DNA of 64,000 bases from Parvibaculum sp. (GTDB lineage: Bacteria; Pseudomonadota; Alphaproteobacteria; Parvibaculales; Parvibaculaceae), in assembly GCF_045863935.1 (NCBI RefSeq), contig NZ_BTVP01000007.1, positions 38,161 through 102,160 of the forward strand, read 5' to 3'. Both the position numbers and the translations under genes were made by a program. Below the pieces are notes generated by a model. That model was not told the origin of the DNA and ran no database searches. It worked only from the letters and a program-made list of their open reading frames with translations. Shown here in pieces: positions 1-8,910 of the stretch (positions are counted from its first letter, which is position 1; each line of letters opens with the position of its first letter).

Positions 1-884
1 CGGTTGAAAAGCACATCGTTTTCCCGAAGCAGCAAGAACGGCTCTACCTCTTCAACATACTTCAGTTCCGAAAGGTCCAGCTCAAGACCTTGGATGTTGC
101 CCATGCGCAGGATTGCGACGGCTCCCGACTCGGAAAGAGCCTCCGAGATACCATACTCGCGTTCTGTCAGATAACGTTTGATGGGCCAACATTCCCAATG
201 CGCCGGAATCTTGCCCAGCCAGTCAACACCGCTGTCTCTCAGTGGGGCGGTAGGGTTGTGACCGCAGGTGACGGCGCGGGTAATGAGGGCCTGGCGCTTT
301 TCGGCCAGACGGTCCAGAAGCGCCCGCTTCCTCTCTATCAACGCATCAATTCGTGCGGTCTTGTCATCCAGCAACTGCGCAATCCGCCGCTGGGTATCGA
401 GATCGGGAAGCGGCAGGGGCTGATGCCCTACGGTTTCCCAATCGGCACGCGGCATCTTGGTGCCGAAGGTTTCTGCGTTGATCGTATCAATGAAGGCGGA
501 CGAGGACAGAACGTAGAACAGGAAGCGAGGCAATATCCTGTCAGAGGCGCGCAGGTTCAACAGCTCGCCCGAACCAATCCCTTCGAACTCTGCGAGATAG
601 ACCTTGGCGAGATAGGGGCGCAGCTTGTTGAATAGAACGTCCCCGCGTCGAAACAACCTTCCGTCCTTGTCGACCGGTTCCGGCTGCTCCTTCAACAGCT
701 TGCCTGTCCACGACGCTATATCCTCGTTCGAGATGTAGGGCAGTCGTTCGGCGGCACCGTCTTCAGTGTCCTCGGACTTGGCCGAAGCGAACTCGACCGA
801 CCATTTCAGCCAATCCGTCCGCCAGCCTTCGGGCAAGTCCTGTGCCCATGGAGGCGTGTTTTCGACTCGCGCAACGAAACTCAT
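1..884 (-). CDS. hsdS: Type I restriction-modification specificity subunit HsdS (3' end runs off the window)
   Basis: Absent from the ORF track because it has no stop in the window. My reverse-strand translation from the ATG at 884-882 reads MSFVARVENTPPWAQDLPEGW...GDVLFNKLRPYLAKV...TKMPRADWE...PLPLPDLDTQRRIAQLLDDKTARIDALIERKRALLDRLAEKRQALITRAV. These are the conserved TRD-flanking and central coiled-coil segments of S subunits. The start overlaps the hsdM stop (TAATG). Confidence 0.85.
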   Translation of the reverse strand, partial: MSFVARVENTPPWAQDLPEGWRTDWLKWSVEFASAKSEDTEDGAAERLPYISNEDIASWTGKLLKEQPEPVDKDGRLFRRGDVLFNKLRPYLAKVYLAEFEGIGSGELLNLRASDRILPRFLFYVLSSSAFIDTINAETFGTKMPRADWETVGHQPLPLPDLDTQRRIAQLLDDKTARIDALIERKRALLDRLAEKRQALITRAVTCGHNPTAPLRDSGVDWLGKIPAHWECWPIKRYLTEREYGISEALSESGAVAILRMGNIQGLELDLSELKYVEEVEPFLLLRENDVLFN

Positions 885-3049
885 TACACGAGTCCTTTCA
901 ACAGCGCGGCGATCTCGCCTTCCAGCGTCTCAATCTCATCCTCGATGACCCCCAGTTCGCGCGGTGGCTGGTAGATGTAGAAGTGGCGGTTAAAGGGGAT
1001 TTCGTAGCCGATCTTAGTCTTGCTGTAGTCCACCCAGGCATCAGGCACATGGGGCAAAACCTCGGCTGCCATGTAGGCATCAATCACCGGGGTCATCAGC
1101 TCGACCACCTCACCATTCAACTTATTCTGCGGATCGGGGCCAAAAGGCATAGGCAGAGGAAGCTCACTCCCATCGGGCAACGGCACATTCTCGGTGTCGC
1201 GCAGGTCGGGATCAGGCTCGGGGCGATCATTCACCCAGACGCACTTCTCGGCCTTTTGGTCCTTATTGCCGATGGTGATCCACAGCGTCTTGCGCGCGGA
1301 CTTGCCCAGCTTGATCCCAAGACTGGCCGCCGCCTCGACCACGTCGGCGTCAAATTCGGCAAGGTCCATGTAAGTGCGAGCGGCATCCATCGCCTCAACC
1401 ACCGCGCGCAGGTCCGCAACCGGGTGCTTATCGGCATCGAGACTCTCCAGTCGTGCGATGCGGTCAGGCGTCGTGCGGAAATTCATCCGCAGAGGGCGTT
1501 CGACGACGATGCGCAGGAAACCAAATTCGTGGTTCTTGAAAATGCGCGAGACAGTGTGGGTTTTTCGCTCGCCGGTTTTCTTGTTGACCACGACCTCGGC
1601 CTTTTCACCGTCGCGGTAGTTGCCGTATATGCGGGTCAGGCGCGCGATCTGATCTTCGGTGATCCGGTGACGCTTGTTGTTCAGGCTCTTTTCCATTCGC
1701 TCAGCGAAGAGCGTGCCATCGATCAATTGCACCTTGCCGCGACGCTCGGGCAATTTCCGGTTCGTCACCATCCAGACATAAGTGTAGATGCCCGTATTGT
1801 AGAATAACTGGTCAGGGAGGCCGATAATCGCATCCAGCCAGTCGTTTTCGATAATCCAGCGACGGATGCTGGAAGGTCCGCCACCCGCGCCACCCGAAAA
1901 GAGGGGCGAGCCATTGAACACCACGACGATCTTCGACCCATCGCCACCGTCCTCGGGGCTCGGATGCATCTTTGAGATCATGTGCTGGAGGAAGAGCAGC
2001 GAACCATCGTCGATGTCGGGCGTGCCCGCGCCAAATCGGCCATTGAAGCCAAGGGTCTTATGCTCCTTCTCCACTACGGCTTTCTGGTCTTTCCAGTCCA
2101 CTCCGAACGGAGGATTGGCCAGCATGTAATGGAACCGCTTGCCCTCGAAGCCATCCTTGGTCTTGCCATCACCCAAAGTGTCGCCAAGGACGATGTTGTC
2201 GGTATCCTCGTCCTTGATGAGCATGTCCGAGCAACAGATTGCCCAGCTCTCGTCGTTGTATTCCTGCCCGAAGAGAGCGAGGTTTGCGGCCTTGTTGCCT
2301 TCGCGGATGAACCTCTCGGACGCCGATAACATGCCGCCCGTGCCGCAGGTCGGGTCATAAATGGTGCGGTAGATGCCGGGTTTATAAACGTCCTGTTCGC
2401 CTGTATAGACGAGGTTCGCCATCAGCTCGATGACCTCGCGAGGGGTGAAGTGATCCCCTGCCTCCTCGTTTGCCTGTTCGTTGAAACGCATCACCAGATG
2501 CTCGAACAGGTAGCCCATCTGGAGGTTGTCCACCCGATCGGGGTGAAGATCCAAAGTGGCCATCTGCCGAACGATGTTGAACAGACGGTTGCTCGCGTCG
2601 AGCTTCTCAATCTGTTCGCTGAAATTAAATTTCTCGAATATCGCGCGGGCAATAGGGGAGAAGCCGTTGATATAGGCGACGAGGTTCGGAGCGATGTTTT
2701 CTGCGTCGGCGGTCAGGCGATCGAATGTGAACTTGCTTGTGTTGTAGAGCGGCTGTTTGCGTGTGGGATCGGCCACACGGGCAAGCATCCGCACCATTGC
2801 CGGTTCTGGCGTGCTTACGGCTTTAAGGCGGACATATTTGGCGTGGACTCGGTCAACCGTATCCTCCAACAGGCAATCAAGGCGGCGCAGCACTACCATG
2901 GGGAGCATGACGAGGCGGTATTGCGGGGGACGATAGGGCCCGCGCAGCCGCTTTGCGATCTCCCAGATTTCGTCCGTGAGTTTCTTATGTTGTTGAATAT
3001 TCAATGGAAACTGCCCCCGACGACTGCTTTTTTGTTTGTCACGAAGCAT
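884..3049 (-). CDS. hsdM: Type I R-M N6-adenine DNA methyltransferase subunit HsdM
   Basis: 721-aa ORF with SAM-binding motif IYDPTCGTGGML and catalytic motif MLANPPFGVDWK. It lies directly upstream of hsdS and overlaps it. Confidence 0.9.
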   Translation of the reverse strand: MLRDKQKSSRRGQFPLNIQQHKKLTDEIWEIAKRLRGPYRPPQYRLVMLPMVVLRRLDCLLEDTVDRVHAKYVRLKAVSTPEPAMVRMLARVADPTRKQPLYNTSKFTFDRLTADAENIAPNLVAYINGFSPIARAIFEKFNFSEQIEKLDASNRLFNIVRQMATLDLHPDRVDNLQMGYLFEHLVMRFNEQANEEAGDHFTPREVIELMANLVYTGEQDVYKPGIYRTIYDPTCGTGGMLSASERFIREGNKAANLALFGQEYNDESWAICCSDMLIKDEDTDNIVLGDTLGDGKTKDGFEGKRFHYMLANPPFGVDWKDQKAVVEKEHKTLGFNGRFGAGTPDIDDGSLLFLQHMISKMHPSPEDGGDGSKIVVVFNGSPLFSGGAGGGPSSIRRWIIENDWLDAIIGLPDQLFYNTGIYTYVWMVTNRKLPERRGKVQLIDGTLFAERMEKSLNNKRHRITEDQIARLTRIYGNYRDGEKAEVVVNKKTGERKTHTVSRIFKNHEFGFLRIVVERPLRMNFRTTPDRIARLESLDADKHPVADLRAVVEAMDAARTYMDLAEFDADVVEAAASLGIKLGKSARKTLWITIGNKDQKAEKCVWVNDRPEPDPDLRDTENVPLPDGSELPLPMPFGPDPQNKLNGEVVELMTPVIDAYMAAEVLPHVPDAWVDYSKTKIGYEIPFNRHFYIYQPPRELGVIEDEIETLEGEIAALLKGLV

Positions 3050-3347
3050 TTTTTTTGAATGTTGTCCACCCGGCTAGTTGCGGTTGATCTCAAACTCGGG
3101 CTCAAACCAGCCAGGCACGGGCGCTCCGCATGAGATCGTCATCGAAGTCGAGGGGGAAGCCGCCGGGGCGCAAGGTCAGCCGCCGGGCGACGATCCTCGA
3201 TCCGCAGGGGCAGTCGCATCTGATGGCGGTGGGCGCTCTTTACGGGCTGAAGCGGATCGCGGGGCTTGGCCCGGCACCCCTCGGGGCCGGCGCGGCGCTA
3301 CTGGAGATCGAATTCACGATGGGCGGATTTGGCCACCTTGCCCCCAG

Positions 3348-3425
3348 CACCCGGCACCCGGCACGATTCGAACGTGTGACCTCTGCCTGAGGAGGCGGCG
3401 CGGCTCCATTTCGAGCCAAGGACCG
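3348..3425 (-). pseudogene. Decayed tRNA-Arg-like fragment (inverted copy of the tRNA 3' half)
   Basis: Positions 3355-3389 are the reverse complement of tRNA positions 3533-3567, with 34/35 nt identical (T-arm plus acceptor 3' strand). The upstream part aligns only loosely and no 5' acceptor strand is present. The heptamer GCACCCG is tandemly duplicated at 3348-3361. Confidence 0.55.
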
Positions 3426-3494
3426 GAGATTGTCAGGGCCGACGGTTTGTTCTACCTTGCGCCCGCTTCGCCGGACGGCCCTCGTCCGGCCCTG

Positions 3495-3571
<77 letters not shown>

Positions 3572-3617
3572 TTCCCCCATTTCACCGAAATCCATGCACA
3601 CGCCACAAAAGGTGGCG

Positions 3618-4427
3618 TCAGGTCTCGTAGAACTCGTCAGCGACGGCCATCAGCGCGTCCATGTCGAGAATCGTGAGCTGTCCTGCCTTCGTCTGGAGGA
3701 TGCGCGACTGCCGGAGACTTCGCATGACCCGGCTGACATGCACCTGGGTCAGGCCCAGCGCATCGGCAATGGTTTGCTGGCGGAGCGGAAAAGGGATCGT
3801 GGCGCCATCTGAGAGCCCCCTTGCCCTCAAGCGCCGTCGAAGGTCGAGGATGAGACGCGCGAGGCGTTGTTCCGCGTTGTGACGGCCGAGATCAATCAGT
3901 CGCGCATCGCTTGCCTCTCTGCTGGACAGGCAGATATCGATGAAGGTCCAGACAAGCGCCGTGTCCTCCTCCACGATTTCCTTGAGATGGGTAATGTCGA
4001 AGGCGCAGTACTCGACCGGGGTCACGCTTTGCACCGGCATGCGCACTTTATCGCGCATGACGAGCTCGCCGCCTGCTATGTCGCCCGGCAGCAAAATGGA
4101 CAGAACCTGACGGCGTCCGTCCGATGTCATGGCCGAGCGAAGCGCCCAGCCTTGCCTGAGAATGATGATGCGCCCCGGTGCCTCGCCCGGTCTGAGAATG
4201 TGCTGGCGCGCGAGAACAGAACCAGACGTCTTGCGACGCCGCTTCGCATTCGGATTTGCGCCCATGACTGCGCCGCAAAAGCCGACATTCCGTAATACGC
4301 AGGTGTCGCAACCTTCCGATGAAGCGTCGATCTTCGTCCTGTCCTGTGCGCTGTCCTCCCCAAGCGGGGCGCCGCCGTCATCGCTACTCACGGGATACTC
4401 GCCGCCGGGTAGGCCCCGGCTTGTCAA
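3618..4427 (-). CDS. Crp/Fnr family transcriptional regulator (FNR-like N-terminal Cys cluster)
   Basis: 269-aa ORF with a cNMP-binding-like core, a C-terminal HTH (QQTIADALGLTQVHVSRVMRSLRQ) and an N-terminal CDTCVLRNVGFC (C-x2-C-x7-C) motif. The true start may be internal. Confidence 0.8.
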   Translation of the reverse strand: MTSRGLPGGEYPVSSDDGGAPLGEDSAQDRTKIDASSEGCDTCVLRNVGFCGAVMGANPNAKRRRKTSGSVLARQHILRPGEAPGRIIILRQGWALRSAMTSDGRRQVLSILLPGDIAGGELVMRDKVRMPVQSVTPVEYCAFDITHLKEIVEEDTALVWTFIDICLSSREASDARLIDLGRHNAEQRLARLILDLRRRLRARGLSDGATIPFPLRQQTIADALGLTQVHVSRVMRSLRQSRILQTKAGQLTILDMDALMAVADEFYET

Positions 4428-4714
4428 AAGTCGTTTAATTGTCTCTCCCTGAGACAGTTATAGAGTCCTAACCAATTTTTCCAGACTAAACCTGACTAAA
4501 ATCAGTTTTTTAACTTGCGTTATAAACACACTATATAAATATTCGTTATAATAAATCTTTTTCGACTACAATATTATTAACCATTTATTTCATGTCCACC
4601 CCTAATATTGATATTAATTGCTCCGAATCGGTGACAAAAAGTCGCAGTAATCGCTGACTTTATCTCCGCTTCAGGGCGGGAGAGCAGGACCCGGCAGGGC
4701 CGGGCCGTTGTTAA

Positions 4715-6073
4715 ATGGGGGTCAGCATGACGAAAGACGACACATCGGCCGTGGACCGGGCATCTCGCCTGCGCTTCATGGAGGTATCCGACGAAACCGG
4801 GGCCGCGCTCCGCGATTTCTGGAAAGTTCTGGAGCCGCACCTGCCCCAGATACTCGACAGCTTCTATGCGCACATCGGCGCCGTGCCCGAGCTTTCCAAG
4901 CTCCTTGGCAGTCAGGCACCGCGCCTGAAGCAAGCCCAGGGGGCACACTGGGGGAGGCTTTTCTCGGGCACGTTCGACGACACCTATATGCAGAGTGTCC
5001 ACACGATCGGCCTTACCCATAACCGCATCGGACTCGAGCCGCGCTGGTATATCGGCGGCTACAAGTTCGTGATGAACAGGCTGGTCGACATAGCAGTCAA
5101 GAAGTATCGCTGGACGCCGGGACAGCTTTCCCAGGTGCTTTGCGCGGTGAATACTGCCGTTTGTCTTGATATGGACCTTTCTATTTCCGCCTATCAGGAC
5201 GCGATGGTCGAGGAACGGGCCGGCCGGCAGAGGACACTGGAATCGGCCATCTCCGATTTCGATGTCGCTGTGAACGAGATCATCAAGTCGGTTGCCTCGG
5301 CCTCAACCGAACTCCAAGCCTCCGCGCAGGCCATGTCCGTCACGGCGGAACAGACAAGTGCCAAGACGACGACCGTCGCGGCGGCTTCCGAGGAAGCTTC
5401 GACCAATGTGCAGACGGTCGCTTCGGCCAGCGAACAGCTTTCGAGTTCGATTACGGAAATCGGACGGCAGGCATCGCTCTCGACCAAAATCGCCGGGCAG
5501 GCCGTTCAAGAGGCACATCGTACCGATAGCAAGGTCCAGGGGCTTGCGGAAGCGGCGCAGAAGATCGGCGATGTGGTGACGCTCATCAACGATATCGCGG
5601 CGCAGACAAACCTGCTCGCGCTCAATGCGACCATCGAAGCGGCGCGCGCCGGCGAGGCCGGCAAGGGATTTGCCGTCGTCGCCTCCGAAGTGAAGAGCCT
5701 CGCCAACCAGACGGCCAAGGCAACCGAGGAAATCGCCGACCAGATCAAGACGATGCAGGCGGCAACGCAGGAGTCCGTCGACGCCATCAAGTCGATCGAG
5801 AAGACGATCACCGAGATGAATCAGATCGCGACCTCGATCGCCGCCGCGGTCGACGAACAGGACGCCGCGACCAACGAAATCGCGCGCAACGTGCAGGAGG
5901 CTGCGCGCGGCACGCAGGACGTATCATCGAACATCGTCGCGGTGGCGGAAGCCGCTGCCGAGACAGGATCGGCGGCCGCCGAGATTTCCGGCTCGTCCGA
6001 CATTCTTGCCCGACAGGCCGAAACGCTTCGTCAGCAGGTCGACACGTTCCTCAGCCGCGCACGAGTGGCCTGA
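4715..6073 (+). CDS. Globin-coupled methyl-accepting chemotaxis protein (HemAT-like, soluble)
   Basis: The N-terminus has protoglobin-type sensor motifs (FYAHIGAVPELSKLL, HTIGLTHNRIGLEPRWYIGGY). The C-terminus has the MCP signalling hairpin (AAQTNLLALNATIEAARAGEAGKGFAVVASEVKSLA). No hydrophobic TM segment is visible. Confidence 0.85.
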   Translation: MGVSMTKDDTSAVDRASRLRFMEVSDETGAALRDFWKVLEPHLPQILDSFYAHIGAVPELSKLLGSQAPRLKQAQGAHWGRLFSGTFDDTYMQSVHTIGLTHNRIGLEPRWYIGGYKFVMNRLVDIAVKKYRWTPGQLSQVLCAVNTAVCLDMDLSISAYQDAMVEERAGRQRTLESAISDFDVAVNEIIKSVASASTELQASAQAMSVTAEQTSAKTTTVAAASEEASTNVQTVASASEQLSSSITEIGRQASLSTKIAGQAVQEAHRTDSKVQGLAEAAQKIGDVVTLINDIAAQTNLLALNATIEAARAGEAGKGFAVVASEVKSLANQTAKATEEIADQIKTMQAATQESVDAIKSIEKTITEMNQIATSIAAAVDEQDAATNEIARNVQEAARGTQDVSSNIVAVAEAAAETGSAAAEISGSSDILARQAETLRQQVDTFLSRARVA

Positions 6074-6094
6074 GAAACGGTTCGGGAGAAGAAA

Positions 6095-8788
6095 GTGAGC
6101 CGCCGTCCGTCTACCCTGCCCCGCCCGCCCGCAGTGTTCGTCTTCGATCCCGCGAGCAATCAGCTCGTTTCGAAGAATGCGAGTGCGGGCGAGCTCCTTG
6201 CGGTACTGGGCTGGGGCAACGACGAGATGCCGACACTGTCGACCGTCGAGCGTCTCCTCCTACAGGACAGCAAGGTCACTGTAGCGCCTCAAACGGTCGT
6301 GGACGGCGGCGAACGCAACTATGAACTGCGCAAGCGCTGCCGGCGGCCGGACAGCAGCGAGTTTACGCTCACACGGATATGGACACCTGGATCGAGCACC
6401 ACTCTCATCGTGACCGACATCACGGCTTCGGTACAGGAGGAACGCCAGCTGCGATTTGCGCAGACGCTCATCGACCGGCTCATGAAATCCGACTCCCTTA
6501 CCACCGCACTCGGGCGCATGCTGCATGCCGTCCTGCTTTATAGCGGATGGCGACAGGGGGCGGCCTGGATCGTAAAGGAGGAAGGACTTTCGCTGCGGAA
6601 AACACTCGTTCGCAGCGGAACGGAGATCGGCCCGGCGGAAAAATCCGGCGCCGAGCGAGAGCTGGCCGAAAGATGTTGGCAGAGCGGCGAGACTGAGACT
6701 CACCACGACAAGACAAGCGGCACGATCGCTATCGCACTCAAGGCGAATGGTGACGTCATCGCTGTACTTACCTTCGCGACCCTGAGAATGCAGCCTCGCG
6801 ACAAGCTTACGCTCGAAGTGCTTGGCCGGATCGCAGACCATGTCGGTATGGCGCTCAAGTGCCGCATCAACGCGGAGGAAACGGCGAGTGCGCGGCGACA
6901 ACTCGACGAACTTCTGGATGCCGCCGGCGACGCCATCGTCGCGATGGACCGCGAGCGCGTTATCCGCATTTTCAACAAACGCGCCGAAGCGATCTTCGGA
7001 TACAGCGCCGAAGAAATTATCGGCAAGAAAATGGACGTCCTTCTGCCGCAAAGCGTGAGGGCACGGCATCGTACACATGTAGCGCGCTTCACGCGCGGCG
7101 ACACGCCAACGAAGCTCATGGGCCATCGGCCAGAAGTCAAGGGCCGACGCAAAGATGGGTCCGAGTTTCCAGCCGAGGCTTCCATCTCGCGCATCACGAT
7201 CGACGGCGAGATGATCTTCACGGCTGTCGTGCGAGACCTCACAGTGCTCCGTCGGGCCGAAGAGACACTGCGCGCACGCGAACTTCAGATGCGCATGGTG
7301 ATCGAGACGATGCCTTTCGGCATCGCGGTCGCGCTGCGAACCACGGGCGAAATTTTGTTCGTCAACAGCGCTTTCGGTGCCCTGGTGGATGCGGACCGCA
7401 GGAAATTGTCAGGCCGTCACATCGCCGAATTTGCCGGTGCAGCGCTCAGCGCGCGCCTGCTGGCAGGGGAAGGTGCGGACAGCCGCCTGGACGGCATTGA
7501 GGCGCCATTCACCACGGAAGCGGGAGACGATATCTGGTGCATGGTTTCCGCAGTGGCAATGAGCATGGGCGGAGAACAGCTAACGCTGATCGGATGCTAC
7601 GATGTGACAGACCGGTATCGCGCCGAGGAAGCACTGCGCAGAAGCGCTGCCAATCTCGCTGCAGCGGAGCGCATCGCCCATCTGGGAAACTGGCAGCTCA
7701 ACGTCAGCACCATGGAGATTTCCTGTTCCGACGCGGCCCTCCGTATTCTCGGGGGCAATTCAGAGGACGGGAAGACCACATTGCAGCGTGTCTTGGGACA
7801 GGTGCATCCCGCCGATGAACCCCTCTTGCGCCTTGCGGCGCGCACCGCTATCGAGCAAGGGACGCCGTTCCGCATAACGCATCGCATCTCAACTCCGACC
7901 GGCGAAATGCGGTACGTTCGCTGCGAAGCGGAGGCGATCCGCGGACGCAACGGTGAGATCGAGCAGGTGATCGGCACCGTGCTCGACATCACGGATTTGC
8001 AGAAGGTGACCGAGGAGTTGCGGACCGCACGCAACAAGGCCGAATATGCGAACCATGCAAAGTCCCAGTTTCTAGCCAATATGAGCCACGAACTGCGGAC
8101 GCCTCTCAATGCCATCATCGGCTTTTCAGAGCTCATGGCCACCGACGTCATGGGCCCGATGGAGACGGCGCAGTACCAAGCCTATGCAAAGGATATTCAC
8201 GATAGCGGCCTGCATCTCCTTGCCGTCGTGAACGACATTCTCGATCTCAGCAGGATTGAGGTCGGGGTGACGGAGCTTGAGGAGGCGGAAATAGATATCG
8301 AGGATATCTATCACTTCTGCAAAAGAACTGTGGAAGGCAGGGCCAAGGCGGCAAAGTTGGCGCTCATCCAGCAATCGGCACCGAACCTTCCGAAACTCAA
8401 GGCAGACTTGAGGCTTACGCGGCAAATTCTGCTCAACCTTCTTTCCAATGCCGTCAAGTTCACGCCAGCCGGCGGCACCGTCTGCCTGGGTGCGGAAATT
8501 GCGGCAGACGGCGCACTGGTTCTTTCCGTCGAGGATACGGGGATCGGCATTGCGGCGGAAAACATCGAACGCGTCACCGAGCCTTTCATGCAGGTGGAGA
8601 GCCATCTCTCCCGCCGTTTCGACGGTGTGGGCCTGGGCCTCGCACTCACAAAACAATTTGCCGAGCTACACGGTGCCAAGTTTTCGATTATGAGCGCCGA
8701 AGGCAAGGGAACGCGCGTTGAAGTCGCCTTCCCCGCATCACGAACGCTGACGACCGATGAGCCGCGCCTGTCGGCAGTTGGCATGTAG
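6095..8788 (+). CDS. Multi-PAS/GAF sensor histidine kinase (no receiver domain)
   Basis: 897-aa ORF with a GTG start after GGGAGAAGAAA. It has several PAS-like blocks, H-box HAKSQFLANMSHELRTPLNAI, and a HATPase G-box (VEDTGIGI ... GVGLGLAL). Confidence 0.85.
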   Translation: MSRRPSTLPRPPAVFVFDPASNQLVSKNASAGELLAVLGWGNDEMPTLSTVERLLLQDSKVTVAPQTVVDGGERNYELRKRCRRPDSSEFTLTRIWTPGSSTTLIVTDITASVQEERQLRFAQTLIDRLMKSDSLTTALGRMLHAVLLYSGWRQGAAWIVKEEGLSLRKTLVRSGTEIGPAEKSGAERELAERCWQSGETETHHDKTSGTIAIALKANGDVIAVLTFATLRMQPRDKLTLEVLGRIADHVGMALKCRINAEETASARRQLDELLDAAGDAIVAMDRERVIRIFNKRAEAIFGYSAEEIIGKKMDVLLPQSVRARHRTHVARFTRGDTPTKLMGHRPEVKGRRKDGSEFPAEASISRITIDGEMIFTAVVRDLTVLRRAEETLRARELQMRMVIETMPFGIAVALRTTGEILFVNSAFGALVDADRRKLSGRHIAEFAGAALSARLLAGEGADSRLDGIEAPFTTEAGDDIWCMVSAVAMSMGGEQLTLIGCYDVTDRYRAEEALRRSAANLAAAERIAHLGNWQLNVSTMEISCSDAALRILGGNSEDGKTTLQRVLGQVHPADEPLLRLAARTAIEQGTPFRITHRISTPTGEMRYVRCEAEAIRGRNGEIEQVIGTVLDITDLQKVTEELRTARNKAEYANHAKSQFLANMSHELRTPLNAIIGFSELMATDVMGPMETAQYQAYAKDIHDSGLHLLAVVNDILDLSRIEVGVTELEEAEIDIEDIYHFCKRTVEGRAKAAKLALIQQSAPNLPKLKADLRLTRQILLNLLSNAVKFTPAGGTVCLGAEIAADGALVLSVEDTGIGIAAENIERVTEPFMQVESHLSRRFDGVGLGLALTKQFAELHGAKFSIMSAEGKGTRVEVAFPASRTLTTDEPRLSAVGM

Positions 8789-8910
8789 TCCCAGTCGTCG
8801 TGCCTCAAAGTATTTATAAAGTAATAATAATAATATTCTACGTATTTACCAACAATTAGTCTCAATTCACTAGCCTGTTTTCAAATAAATGTGGAAATGG
8901 GTTAGTCGAC

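Noticed and set aside
90-1807. Plus-strand ORFs 90-635 and 842-1807 at the window start
   Set aside because: The minus strand here encodes clear HsdS and HsdM sequences. The plus-strand ORFs are shadows.
4428-4714. FNR/FixK box in the AT-rich spacer
   Set aside because: Only a TTGAT half-site followed by attaATTGC was found. There is no convincing TTGAT-N4-ATCAA palindrome, so no site is called.
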